Assembly (NCBI GenBank): GCA_028713155.1
Contig: JAQTPA010000002.1
Span: forward strand, 8,680 to 72,679
Source: Candidatus Omnitrophota bacterium
GTDB lineage: Bacteria > Omnitrophota > Gorgyraeia > Gygaellales > Profunditerraquicolaceae
Length of the DNA stretch: 64,000 nt
Reading direction: 5' to 3'
The notes below the pieces were generated by a model. The model was not told where the DNA came from. It ran no database searches and was given only the letters and a program-made list of their open reading frames with translations. Below are positions 19,111 to 31,526 of the stretch, piece by piece; positions within the stretch are counted from its first letter, which is position 1, and each line of letters starts with the position of its first letter. A program made the translations under genes and the position numbers.

Positions 19111-20247
19111 ATGAGGAAGAATTATTTATTAACACCGGGGCCTACGCCTTTACCGCCTGAGGTTCGCGCGGCCATGGCGCGCCCGATTATTCATCACCGC
19201 ACCCCGCAATTCCAGGCAGTTTTAAAGGAGGCTGCCGAAGGATTAAAGTTCGTATTTCAGACTAAAAATGATATTTTTATTTTGGCTTCTTCAGGTACCG
19301 GCGCGATGGAAGCGGCGGTAATAAATATCCTTTCCTGCGGCGATACAGCCCTGGTTGTCCAGGGCGGAAAATTCGGCGAGAGATGGACCGAAATATGCAA
19401 AGCTTATGGGGTTACGCCTGAAGTCCTGGATGTAGAATGGGGCAAGGCAGTTAGCCCAGCGGAGTTGGAGAAAAGGTTAAAGGCCAATCCTAAGATAAAA
19501 GCGGTATTTGTTACTCTTTGCGAGACTTCTACCGGTGTAGTTAATGATATTGCTGCCTGCGGACGCCTGATTAAAGATACCCCGGCGCTACTGGTAGTTG
19601 ACGCCATCAGCGGTTTGGGAGCGATTGATTTAAAAACTGACGATTGGTTCTGCGATGTCGTTGTTTCAGGCTCGCAGAAAGGGCTTATGCTTCCTCCGGG
19701 TTTAGGTTTTATATCCGTCAGCCCCAAGGCGGCGAAATTTATCGAGGTTTCCAAAAGCCCGCGCTATTATTTTGATTTGAGGAAAGCCAAAAAAGCTTTG
19801 GATAAGACAGATACCCCGTTTACTCCGGCGATCACTTTAATTATCGCCCTTAATGAAGCGCTTAAAATGATCAAACAGGATGGGTTGGATGCGGTTTTTG
19901 CCCGGCACAGAAAACTGGCGGATGCAACCAGGGCAGCGGCCAAAGCCCTGGGCCTGGAATTATTTGCTCCATTGGCCGGTTCAGATGTAGTGACTTCGGT
20001 TAAAGTCCCTTCAGGGCTAGATGGAGAAAAGCTGGTTAAAACTATGCGGGATACTTACGGCGTAACTATAGCCGGCGGCCAGGCAGAATTAAAAGGCAAG
20101 ATTTTCAGGTTTGCGCATATGGGTTTTATCGAAGAGTTTGATATTATTATAGGCATCTCCTGTTTAGAAAAGGTCCTCGCCCAGATGGGGTATGAATTTC
20201 CGATGGGCGCGGGGGTTAAGGCGGCAGAGGAAATATTTTTGAAATAA
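19111..20247 (+). CDS. Class V aminotransferase (AGXT/SPT family); probably phosphoserine aminotransferase given adjacent serA
   Basis: 378 aa with a class V PLP fold, GxGxxE-like SSGTGAMEAAV and the PLP-lysine region SGSQKGLMLPPGLG. Confidence 0.65.
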   Translation: MRKNYLLTPGPTPLPPEVRAAMARPIIHHRTPQFQAVLKEAAEGLKFVFQTKNDIFILASSGTGAMEAAVINILSCGDTALVVQGGKFGERWTEICKAYGVTPEVLDVEWGKAVSPAELEKRLKANPKIKAVFVTLCETSTGVVNDIAACGRLIKDTPALLVVDAISGLGAIDLKTDDWFCDVVVSGSQKGLMLPPGLGFISVSPKAAKFIEVSKSPRYYFDLRKAKKALDKTDTPFTPAITLIIALNEALKMIKQDGLDAVFARHRKLADATRAAAKALGLELFAPLAGSDVVTSVKVPSGLDGEKLVKTMRDTYGVTIAGGQAELKGKIFRFAHMGFIEEFDIIIGISCLEKVLAQMGYEFPMGAGVKAAEEIFLK

Positions 20248-20321
20248 GTGCTTCGTTTACGCTTAATACTTCAAGCCGAAGCATCCTAAAGCGAGCGAAG
20301 CGAGTCGAAGGAGATAATATA

Positions 20322-21908
20322 ATGATTAAAATCTTAGTCAGCGATCCGTTATCGGATGAGGGTTTAAATATCCTCAAAGAAGTTAAAGAATTTCAGGTTG
20401 ATGTGAAAACGGATTTAAAACCCGGAGAGTTAAAAAAAATTATCAAGGATTACGAGGCCCTTTTAGTCAGGAGCGCTACCAAGGTTACCGAGGATATAAT
20501 TAAAGCTGCGGCCAAGCTTAAAGTAGTCGGCCGCGCAGGCGTAGGGCTGGATAATGTAGATTTGAATGCCGCGACGCAAAAAGGCATTATTGTCATGAAT
20601 ACTCCCGCGGGAAATACTATTTCTACGGCGGAGCATGCAGTCAGTATGATCCTTTCTCTTTCCAGGAATATTCCCCAGGCAAATGCCTCTACCCGGAAAG
20701 GCGAATGGAAACGTTCCAGGTTTATGGGTGTTGAGCTTTATGGCAAAGCCTTAGGGATAGTCGGTTTTGGCAGGATAGGCCGGGAAGTGGCCAAGAGGGC
20801 TTTATCTTTTGGCATGCGGGTTTTGGCGTATGACCCGTTTTTATCGCGGGATGTCGCCGAATCCCTGGGGATTAAAGTAGTGGAATTAAAAGAGCTGTTT
20901 GAGCAATCCGATTATATCACGGTGCATACCCCTTTAACCGACGAGACCCGGCATATGATATCCACCGCGCAATTTGCGTTGATGAAAAAAGGAGTGCGCA
21001 TTATTAATTGCGCCAGGGGCGGCATTGTTGATGAGCAGGCGCTGGTCGCCGCCATAAAAGAAGGCAAGGTCGCCGGAGCGGCTTTAGATGTTTTTGAAAA
21101 GGAGCCTTTGCCTGCCGACTCCGAGCTTGCAAAACTGGATAATGTTATTGTTACCCCGCACCTGGGCGCTTCTACTGAAGAAGCTCAGGTTAATGTCGCC
21201 ATTGAAGTAGCTGAAATTGTACGCGACGCTCTTTTGGGCAGAGGAATACGCAATGCCGCCAACTACCCCTGCCTGGAAGCGGAAGTCTGCAAGATGCTTA
21301 ATCCTTATATTGCTTTGGCTGAAAAAGTAGGGGCATTCGCCGCCCAGCTGGTTGAAGGCAGGTTCCAGGAATTGGATATAAGTTATAGCGGAGAGATTGC
21401 CGCGTATGACTTGAGCCCGCTGACTATGACGCTCTGTAAGGGATTGTTATCCCCGATATTAAAAGAAACCGTTAATTTCATTAACGCGGTTTCTTTGGCT
21501 AAAGAAAGAGGGATTAAGATTAAAGAAGCCAAGTCCTCCAAAGAAGAAGAGTTTGTTAATCTTATCAAGCTGGCTTTAAAAACGGATAAGGGGACGCGGA
21601 CAATCTGGGGCACGCTTTCCGGGAATAAACAGGCTAGGATTGTTAAAATAGACGAATATTACGTGGAGCTTTATCCCGTCGGCGAAATGATCTATATCGA
21701 GAACTGGGACAGGCCTGGCTTAATCGGAAGCCTGGGTACTGTTTTGGGCAAGCATAATGTTAATATTGCGGCGATGACTTTTGGCCGGGACAAGCCGGCA
21801 GGTAAGGCCATCAGTGTTTTAAACGTGGATAGCCCGGTATCGGCAGGACTGGCGGATAAGCTTAAAAAAATGGAGAATATTTTAACCGTAAAAGGTATTA
21901 AGGTATGA
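20322..21908 (+). CDS. serA: D-3-phosphoglycerate dehydrogenase (with ASB and ACT domains)
   Basis: VGRAGVGLDNVDL, NAD-binding LGIVGFGRIGREVA, the catalytic triad region, and a C-terminal ACT domain; 528 aa. Confidence 0.9.
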   Translation: MIKILVSDPLSDEGLNILKEVKEFQVDVKTDLKPGELKKIIKDYEALLVRSATKVTEDIIKAAAKLKVVGRAGVGLDNVDLNAATQKGIIVMNTPAGNTISTAEHAVSMILSLSRNIPQANASTRKGEWKRSRFMGVELYGKALGIVGFGRIGREVAKRALSFGMRVLAYDPFLSRDVAESLGIKVVELKELFEQSDYITVHTPLTDETRHMISTAQFALMKKGVRIINCARGGIVDEQALVAAIKEGKVAGAALDVFEKEPLPADSELAKLDNVIVTPHLGASTEEAQVNVAIEVAEIVRDALLGRGIRNAANYPCLEAEVCKMLNPYIALAEKVGAFAAQLVEGRFQELDISYSGEIAAYDLSPLTMTLCKGLLSPILKETVNFINAVSLAKERGIKIKEAKSSKEEEFVNLIKLALKTDKGTRTIWGTLSGNKQARIVKIDEYYVELYPVGEMIYIENWDRPGLIGSLGTVLGKHNVNIAAMTFGRDKPAGKAISVLNVDSPVSAGLADKLKKMENILTVKGIKV

Positions 21909-23646
21909 AAAAAATAATTATAGCGGTTGCGTGTGCGCTAGTTTACGGTTTATTTTCGATGGCTAGCCTGGAGGCTTATGCGCAAGATAAAGAATTGACG
22001 CTTATTTATACGGGCGAGACGCACGGAGCGCTCTATCCCTGTAATTGCCCGGTTGAGGATGATGGGGGAGTAAGCCGCAGGGCAACTTTAATTAACCAGT
22101 TGAGAAAAAAATATCCCGATTCTCTGGTTTTAGATTCGGGGAATTTTTTTGGCGGCGGCCTTCTTGACCAAAACACCCAGAATACGCAGTTAGATATGCA
22201 GCGTTCCAGGATTAACCTGGCGGCTATGGGATTGATGCAATACGATGCTTTGGCTATCAGCGACGATGAGTTTAATTTCGGAGAAGATTTCTTAAAAGAA
22301 AATATAAGCAAGACAAAATTAAATTTTGTTTCTGCTAATTTAAAGCTTAAGAATATCGCCCCGTATATCATCAAAGAAATAAGCGGCCTGAGAGTGGGTA
22401 TAATCGGGCTGACTAATTACGGCGTAAAACAGAAAGCGGCAGGGATAAAGTTTATTGAACCGAGGACAGCCGTAGAAACAGCGGTAAAAGAGTTAAAATC
22501 AAAAGGCGCTTCACTGATTATCCTTTTGAGCAACCTCGGAGAAAACGAGGACTTGAAAATTATCGAGAACATCCCGGAGATTTCCGTTGTTATCGACGGG
22601 CATAACCGTAAGGGCAAGGAATTATTTGCCAAGACAAAAAGCGCGGTAATTTTAAGGCCATCCTGGCAGGGCCGCAGGCTGAATAAAGCTGTCTTAAATA
22701 TTAAAGGTAATAAGATAGATAGAGTCAACGTGGAAGATATAAGGGTTTCGGATAAAGTCAGCGCTGATCCGGGTATCCTTTCTATCTTGCCGCCTTGTTT
22801 TTCGGATAATGACTGTAAAAAAGAAGGCCTGGTGGGTGCCTGCCAGAACGCCGGTAGTGTTAATGCCGGCTGTGTCTTCAGTAAAGCAACCAGGATTAAC
22901 CTTACGGTGGTTAATCCCCGGGAATGTTCCAGCTGTAACCCGGGAGAGGTGATTGATTTTCTTAAAAAGCAATTTCCGGGGTTAAAAGTTTCCTATATTT
23001 ATTACCCGGATAAAAAAGCGGAGAAGCTGGTTAAAGACCTAAAGGTGTCCAGCTTGCCGTTATATCTTTTAGGTAAGGAAGCAGCCCGGGATAAGAATTT
23101 TGCTAATTTTAAAGTTTCTTTAGAGCAGAAGGGCGATTTTTATATGTTAAAACCCCAGGTTAGCGGCATAGGCTATTTTCTTGGCCGTAAGTTGCGTAAA
23201 GGTCAACTGGATTTATTTATAAGCCTTTTTGATAAAGATGCTTTTTGGGTGCTGAATATCATTAGGGAATTCAATCCTACGCTGCATCTTTTAGCTGCTA
23301 TACAGGGCGATAAAATAGATACGCGGCACGGTAATGCCGAGGCTGAAGAGGATTTACGCGCGGTGTGCGTGCAGAAATATTATCCTCAGGGTTTCTGGGA
23401 TTATTTAGCCTGCCGGGCTAAGAATATAAATAGTTCCTGGTGGGAGGATTGCGCTAGCGGCATGGATTTTAAAAAAATAAAATCCTGCAGCCGCGGGCCG
23501 GAAGGGCAAGTTTTATTGAAAAAAAATTGCAGCCTGGGCCAGGAACTCAAAATTATGTTCGGGCCGACGTATCTCCTGGACAACCGCGAAATTTTTTCTT
23601 CCAGAGGCGCGTTGCCCAAAGAGGAATTGAAGAAGAAGATTAAAAA

Positions 23647-23650
<4 letters not shown>
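21905..23650 (+). CDS. Secreted multidomain protein: degenerate 5'-nucleotidase/metallophosphatase-like N-domain plus Cys-rich and thioredoxin-like (DsbA-like) C-terminal region
   Basis: Signal peptide (ALVYGLFSMASLEAYA). The 5'-NT-like boxes LIYTGETHGAL, LVLDSGNFFGGG and ALAISDDEFNFGE have substitutions at the canonical metal and His ligands. The C-terminal half holds CxxC motifs (CSSC, CASG...C) and a GPTYLLDNREI segment reminiscent of DsbA-like folds. Confidence 0.4.
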
Positions 23651-26185
<2,535 letters not shown>

Positions 26186-26327
26186 GTTTTGTGCCTGTGT
26201 TATTATTAATTTTCAAGGCGCCCAACGCTGATTAGGCGCCTGGCCCTTATTGGAATTGGGCCAGCGTTCGCCTGGTGGCGAAAATTGCGTTGGCGTTGTC
26301 TAGGTAGACAAAAAGGAGAGGTGAAAT

Positions 26328-26981
26328 ATGAAAAAATTATTGAAATTCGGAATGGTCGTTTTTATGGGCTTAGCTTTAGCCGGGTGTACCTTTATTTTTC
26401 AGAGCGGCAGGAGTTCGGATAAACAGAAGATTGACGAACTCTCGCAGCAGTTAGACGATTTGGCTCAGGCCAAAAAACTCCTGGAAGAAAGATTAGGCCA
26501 GGAGATTACCGACAAGCAGGTAAAGTTACAGATGATGGAGAAGGGCCTGGTTATTACCGTAGTGGGAGACCTGCTTTTTGATTCCGGAAAAGCCAAAATC
26601 AGGCGTGAAGCCTATCCGCTTTTGGATAAAGTCGCTAGAGTCTTAAAAGATAATATGGCCGGCTTCAACATCGGCATAGAAGGATATACGGATAATGTTC
26701 CGATCAGGCATTCAGGCTGGAAATCGAATTGGGAACTATCTACTGCCCGGTCTTTGAGTGTTTTGCATTTCTTAGTCAATGAAAAAGGTGTTTCTCCGGA
26801 GCGCCTCTCGGCAATTGGTTTTGGCGAGTATCGTCCGGTCGCTTCTAATAATACCAAGGAAGGCCGTAAGCTTAACCGCAGAGTTGAAATTGTCATCCAG
26901 CCTAAAGTGACTAAGGTTAAAGAGGATAAGGGCCAAATAGAAGAGCCGCTGCTGCGCGAGCCAAAAGAGAACCTTAAATAG
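26328..26981 (+). CDS. OmpA-family peptidoglycan-binding lipoprotein
   Basis: Lipobox LALAGC, then a coiled-coil segment, then the OmpA-like domain (IEGYTDNVP...NRRVEIVI). Confidence 0.7.
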   Translation: MKKLLKFGMVVFMGLALAGCTFIFQSGRSSDKQKIDELSQQLDDLAQAKKLLEERLGQEITDKQVKLQMMEKGLVITVVGDLLFDSGKAKIRREAYPLLDKVARVLKDNMAGFNIGIEGYTDNVPIRHSGWKSNWELSTARSLSVLHFLVNEKGVSPERLSAIGFGEYRPVASNNTKEGRKLNRRVEIVIQPKVTKVKEDKGQIEEPLLREPKENLK

Positions 26982-27020
26982 GGTTTCAGCCGAACGCGGT
27001 TTTAAAAATAGACGCAAAGG

Positions 27021-27395
27021 ATGAATAAGGATAAAATTATAGTTACCTTGGCAGTAGCAACCCTGCTGCTTTTTGTCCTTAATATAGGTTCATGTATCGG
27101 CGCTTATAATCAGAATTCCCTGCGTAAAAAAGAAATGCTCCAGAGGATGAATCTGGAAGAAAAAGCGGGTAAGGCCATTCAGGAGCAGACGGGCCTTGCT
27201 GAAAAGATAGAAGCCAGGGATAAAGAACTGGCTGAGGAAAAGGCAAACTTTGAGGCATTAAAAAAAACATTAGTGCAGGAGCAACTGGTAAGCGCAAGCC
27301 TTAAAGTTGAGTTGGATAAGGTAACTAAGCTTAAAGAAGCCCTGGAAGAAAAATTGCAGAAAAAATCATCGTTCAATAAAAAGGCTAAGAAATGA
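27021..27395 (+). CDS. Small membrane-anchored coiled-coil protein
   Basis: N-terminal TM helix and an E/K-rich heptad-like sequence. A canonical rho-independent terminator follows immediately. Confidence 0.4.
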   Translation: MNKDKIIVTLAVATLLLFVLNIGSCIGAYNQNSLRKKEMLQRMNLEEKAGKAIQEQTGLAEKIEARDKELAEEKANFEALKKTLVQEQLVSASLKVELDKVTKLKEALEEKLQKKSSFNKKAKK

Positions 27396-27431
27396 ACTAG
27401 GGGGGGCAAAAGAACAGTCCTTACAGTTCTT

Positions 27432-27458
27432 AAAAAGGGGAGATTTTCCCCTTTTTTA
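27432..27458 (+). terminator. Rho-independent terminator
   Basis: aaaaaGGGGAgatttTCCCCtttttt: GC stem, 5-nt loop and a T6 tract. Confidence 0.75.
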
Positions 27459-27481
27459 TTCTTAGAACACGGAGGTGAGGT

Positions 27482-28441
27482 ATGGTTAGGGCAAAAAAAA
27501 TAAAGAAAGTCGTTTCCAAAAAACCTATCTCGAGGAAGAGGCAGCCGCGAATAAAAAAAATCAAAACGGCCCCCAAGCCGCAGGCTAAACAAGCCGCCGG
27601 GATCCGGGCCCAGGAAATTGCCGTAGAAACAGCCAAATTCTCCCAGCCTGAGATATCCCGTATAGTGAAAACTTTCTCTCCTGAGCTGCCCTCTCAGTAT
27701 GAGCAGGATAGGATGGTCCTTCTGGTACGCGACCCCTGGTGGCTTTATACTTATTGGGAGTTAAAGCAAGGAACGGTAGAAAAATTAAAATCCGAGCTTA
27801 AGGATGAATTCTATAAAGCTAAGCGTATCCTCAGGGTCTATGATGTAACCGATATTATTTTTAACGGCCTAAATGCGCATCGCTTTTTTGATATCGAGAT
27901 ACATGAATTTGCCAACAACTGGTATATTGACGCTGCCGGCCCCGGAAAATCCTGGTGCGTGGATTTAGGCCTGAGGCTCTCTAACGGCAAATTCGTCACC
28001 ATATTGCGTTCTAATGTTGTGCAGACTCCCCTGGACGGGCCATCCTGGATTACCGACGAAGAGTGGATGATTCCCGACGATATGTTCGCCCGGCTTTATG
28101 GTATGGGCTTTGGCCAGGGAAAGAGTTCTCCCATAGGAAAGGCCTGGAGAGAGAGGATGGTAAGCTCTTCCGGAGTGGCCTCTATGGCCAGCCCCGTAAA
28201 AAAGGCGCAAGAAAGAGGTTTCTGGCTTAAGGTTGACTGCGAACTGATTGTTTACGGCGCGACGCTTTCCGATGCAAAAGTTACGGTCCAGGGTAAACCG
28301 ATAGCTTTAAGGCCGGACGGGACATTTACTTTACGTTTTTCCCTCCCCGACGGAAAACAGGTTATTCCGGTGAAAGCCGTATCCGGGGATAAAGCAGATG
28401 AACGCACTATAACTCCTATCGTGAACAGGGGAACCAAATAA
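27482..28441 (+). CDS. DUF4912 domain protein (commonly paired with GH57 branching enzyme)
   Basis: K-rich N-terminus, then PWWLYTYWEL and WYIDAAGPGKSWCVDLGLRL boxes I recognise from DUF4912. It lies directly upstream of and co-directional with the GH57 gene. Confidence 0.55.
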   Translation: MVRAKKIKKVVSKKPISRKRQPRIKKIKTAPKPQAKQAAGIRAQEIAVETAKFSQPEISRIVKTFSPELPSQYEQDRMVLLVRDPWWLYTYWELKQGTVEKLKSELKDEFYKAKRILRVYDVTDIIFNGLNAHRFFDIEIHEFANNWYIDAAGPGKSWCVDLGLRLSNGKFVTILRSNVVQTPLDGPSWITDEEWMIPDDMFARLYGMGFGQGKSSPIGKAWRERMVSSSGVASMASPVKKAQERGFWLKVDCELIVYGATLSDAKVTVQGKPIALRPDGTFTLRFSLPDGKQVIPVKAVSGDKADERTITPIVNRGTK

Positions 28442-28442
28442 T

Positions 28443-30023
28443 ATGCCTAAAGGGTATCTTTGTTTAGTATTGCACGGCCACCTTCCTTATGTGCGCCATC
28501 CTGAACACGAAGATTTCCTGGAAGAAGACTGGCTCTATGAAGCGATCACCGAGACCTATGTGCCGCTTATCCTGGTCTATGAAAGATTGATCGCGGACAG
28601 GATAGATTTTCGCGTCACGATGACTTTGAGCCCGACTTTGATTTCCATGCTCTCCGATACCCTGCTCCAGGAGAGATACCTAAAGCATATCAACCGGCTC
28701 ATTGAATTAGCGCATAAGGAGATAGAAAGGACCCGCTGGCAGCCGGAATTCCATAACCTGGCGTTGATGTATCTATCCGAATTTACCAAAGCCCGGGATA
28801 CATTTTTAAGATATAACCGCAATCTGGTAAACGCTTTTAAAAATTTTCAGGACCTGGGGAAATTAGAAATCATTACCTGCGGGGCGACTCACGGTTATTT
28901 CCCGCTTATGGATACCTATAAAGAGTCGGTGCGGGCCCAGGTAAAGGTGGCCGTCGGCCATTACGAAAGCGTCTTCGGCCGCAAGCCCAGGGGTATCTGG
29001 CTCCCCGAATGCGGATACCATCCGGGGCACGACGCGATATTAAAGGAAGCGGGATTGCGCTATTTTTTCTCGGACGCTCACGCTATCCTGCATGGCTCCC
29101 CGCGGCCCAAATACGGGGTATTTGCTCCGGTTTATTGCAAGGGGACGCAGGTCGCCTGTTTTGCCAGGGACCTGGAATCTTCAAAGCAGGTCTGGTCGTC
29201 AATAGAGGGGTATCCCGGAGATTACAATTACCGCGAATTTTACCGCGATATAGGTTTTGACCTGGAGTACGATTATATCAAGCCGTATATCCATCCGGAT
29301 GGAGTGAGGATTAATACCGGGATAAAATATTACCGGATTACCGGTTCAGGTAACCGTAAAGAGCCTTACGTTCCGCATTGGGCCCAAGATAGAGCCAGCC
29401 AGCAGGCGGGCAATTTTATGTTTAACCGCCAGAAACAGGTAGAATACCTTTATGATTTTATGGGCAGGAAGCCTATTATTGTTTCGCCGTATGACGCGGA
29501 ATTATTCGGCCACTGGTGGTATGAAGGCCCGCTGTGGCTGGAGTTTTTAATCCGTAAGATTGTTTGTGACCAGGATGAACTAAGCCTGACTACTGCCGCG
29601 CAATATTTAGAGGAGAACCCGCGCAACCAGGTAATTACTCCGTCAATGTCCAGTTGGGGTTGGAAAGGGTATAGCGAGATGTGGCTGCAGGGCCCGAATG
29701 ACTGGATCTACCGGCACTTGCATGCTGCTTCGGAGAGGATGACGGAATTAGCCAGGAGTTATAATAGTGTAAACGGCTTAACTAAAAGGGCGCTGAACCA
29801 GGCTTTACGCGAATTATTATTGGCCCAGAGTTCGGATTGGGCGTTTATAATGGGGACCGGCACACATACGGAATACGCCTTGCGGCGGACCAAGGACCAT
29901 CTTTTGCGGTTTAACCGCCTTTATGAAGAGATTAAATCAAATTCCATTAATCAGGATTGGCTCTCTGACATAGAATACAAAGATAATATTTTTCCCGGAA
30001 TAGATTATAAGACACACCAGTGA
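28443..30023 (+). CDS. GH57-family 1,4-alpha-glucan branching enzyme
   Basis: N-terminal CLVLHGHLPYVRHPE, the GH57 signature, plus DAELFGHWWYEG; 526 aa. Confidence 0.85.
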   Translation: MPKGYLCLVLHGHLPYVRHPEHEDFLEEDWLYEAITETYVPLILVYERLIADRIDFRVTMTLSPTLISMLSDTLLQERYLKHINRLIELAHKEIERTRWQPEFHNLALMYLSEFTKARDTFLRYNRNLVNAFKNFQDLGKLEIITCGATHGYFPLMDTYKESVRAQVKVAVGHYESVFGRKPRGIWLPECGYHPGHDAILKEAGLRYFFSDAHAILHGSPRPKYGVFAPVYCKGTQVACFARDLESSKQVWSSIEGYPGDYNYREFYRDIGFDLEYDYIKPYIHPDGVRINTGIKYYRITGSGNRKEPYVPHWAQDRASQQAGNFMFNRQKQVEYLYDFMGRKPIIVSPYDAELFGHWWYEGPLWLEFLIRKIVCDQDELSLTTAAQYLEENPRNQVITPSMSSWGWKGYSEMWLQGPNDWIYRHLHAASERMTELARSYNSVNGLTKRALNQALRELLLAQSSDWAFIMGTGTHTEYALRRTKDHLLRFNRLYEEIKSNSINQDWLSDIEYKDNIFPGIDYKTHQ

Positions 30024-30742
30024 TAGATAAGAATAATATCCCTCAACATATCGCGATTATTATGGACGGCAATGGCCGTTGGGCCAAGGCGCGCTCTCTC
30101 TCGCGCACTGCCGGTCACCGCGAGGGGGTAAAAAGAGTCAAAGAGATTATCCGGGCAGCGGCAGAATCAGGAGTTAAAATTATAACACTCTTTGCCTTTT
30201 CCGCAGAGAACTGGTCCAGGCCCAAAAAAGAAATCGGCGCTTTAATGCACTATCTGCATGATTTTCTGAGCCGCGAAATCCGGCAGTTACACAAAAAGAA
30301 TATCCGTTTTTTAAGTGTAGGCCGCGCCGAGCCATTACCCGCTTCAATCCAGAAGGAGATCCGGGAAGCAGAGCGTCTGACCAAAAACAATACCGGCCTG
30401 ACCGTCGTCTTAGCCTTAAATTACGGGGCCAGACAGGAGATAGTTGACGCGGTTAAAAAATTCGCTAATGAGGCTTTAGCCGGTAAGGCAGAGATAAAAG
30501 AACTGGATGAAGCAATATTTGGCCGCTACCTTTACACCGTTAAATTGACTGACCCTGACCTTTTAATCCGCACCAGCGGCGAGAAGCGTTTAAGTAATTT
30601 CCTGCTTTGGCAGCTTTCTTACGCGGAGTTATATTTTACGGATAAATTCTGGCCGGATTTTCGCGCAGGGGATTTAAAAGAAGCAATCCAGGAATACCAG
30701 TCGAGAGAGAGGCGGTTTGGAGGCCTACAAAATGTTAACTAA
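30020..30742 (+). CDS. uppS: Undecaprenyl diphosphate synthase
   Basis: HIAIIMDGNGRWA and the RTSGEKRLSNFLLWQ cis-IPPS motifs. Confidence 0.9.
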   Translation: MIDKNNIPQHIAIIMDGNGRWAKARSLSRTAGHREGVKRVKEIIRAAAESGVKIITLFAFSAENWSRPKKEIGALMHYLHDFLSREIRQLHKKNIRFLSVGRAEPLPASIQKEIREAERLTKNNTGLTVVLALNYGARQEIVDAVKKFANEALAGKAEIKELDEAIFGRYLYTVKLTDPDLLIRTSGEKRLSNFLLWQLSYAELYFTDKFWPDFRAGDLKEAIQEYQSRERRFGGLQNVN

Positions 30743-31526
30743 GAGGATCGTTACTTCTATTTTGCTTATCAGTATGATTATCGGAGTGTTGTTTATTGAC
30801 TGGCTCTGCGGCCTGGTCGTTACCCTTTTTATTATCGGCGGGCTGTATGAATTTTTCAGCATGCTGGATAAGAAAGGGATAAACGCGTATAAATATTTCG
30901 GTATCGGCTTAGGGGCGGTTATCCCTTTATCCACGATGTCCCGTTTTGAGCTTACTCGCGGATGGGAGTTTCTGTTTATCGTCCTGGCTTTATTGTTCCT
31001 GATCCTTATGCAGTTTAAGCGCCGCAAAAATTCAGGGGCAGTCATAGATATCTCAACTACTATATTCGGGATAATCTATGTTTCCTGGTTTTTCAGTTTC
31101 CTGATTAAGATAAGGTATCTGGACGGCGGGATGGGCCTGTTGGCCGCGGTTTTATTGATTACCAAATCCGGAGATATAGGGGCGTATTTAATCGGCAGCC
31201 GCTTCGGCAAGAATGCGCTTCTGCCGCGCATCAGCCCGCAGAAGACGGTTGAAGGCTCCATCGGAGGCCTGGCTTTCAGCGTACTTATGGCATTAATCTG
31301 TAAGCCCATTCTTGGGTTTGGGTATCTGCATCTGGTTATTTTGGGTATTTGTATAGGTATTTTAGGACAGTTAGGCGACCTCTCGGAGTCCCTGATTAAG
31401 CGCGACTGCGAAGTGAAGGATTCGGGAAAGGTCTTCCCCGGGATGGGCGGAGTCCTGGATGAAATTGACAGTCTTTTGTTTGTCGCTCCGGTATTTTATT
31501 TTTATATGAGCGTAGTCCTAAGATGA
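30717..31526 (+). CDS. cdsA: Phosphatidate cytidylyltransferase
   Basis: Multi-pass membrane protein with the C-terminal CdsA signature SLIKRDCEVKDSGKVFPGMGGVLDEIDS. Confidence 0.85.
   Translation: MEAYKMLTKRIVTSILLISMIIGVLFIDWLCGLVVTLFIIGGLYEFFSMLDKKGINAYKYFGIGLGAVIPLSTMSRFELTRGWEFLFIVLALLFLILMQFKRRKNSGAVIDISTTIFGIIYVSWFFSFLIKIRYLDGGMGLLAAVLLITKSGDIGAYLIGSRFGKNALLPRISPQKTVEGSIGGLAFSVLMALICKPILGFGYLHLVILGICIGILGQLGDLSESLIKRDCEVKDSGKVFPGMGGVLDEIDSLLFVAPVFYFYMSVVLR

Noticed and set aside
20248-20321. T-box or attenuator upstream of serA (nested hairpins tgcttcg/cgaagca and gcgagcgaagcgagtcgaagg)
   Set aside because: There is no T-box specifier or antiterminator consensus and the region is too short. 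It is more likely the serC-like terminator or a spacer.
27482-27600. Lys-rich low-complexity N-terminus of the DUF4912 protein as a separate histone-like ORF
   Set aside because: It is in frame and continuous with the DUF4912 body. There is no internal RBS/start pattern suggesting two genes.
29009-29260. Small + strand ORFs nested in other frames of GH57, ispG, nusA, queA (29009-29260, 34498-34683, 36757-36942, 37354-37563, 44949-45146)
   Set aside because: They are alternative-frame ORFs inside confidently assigned genes with no independent support.
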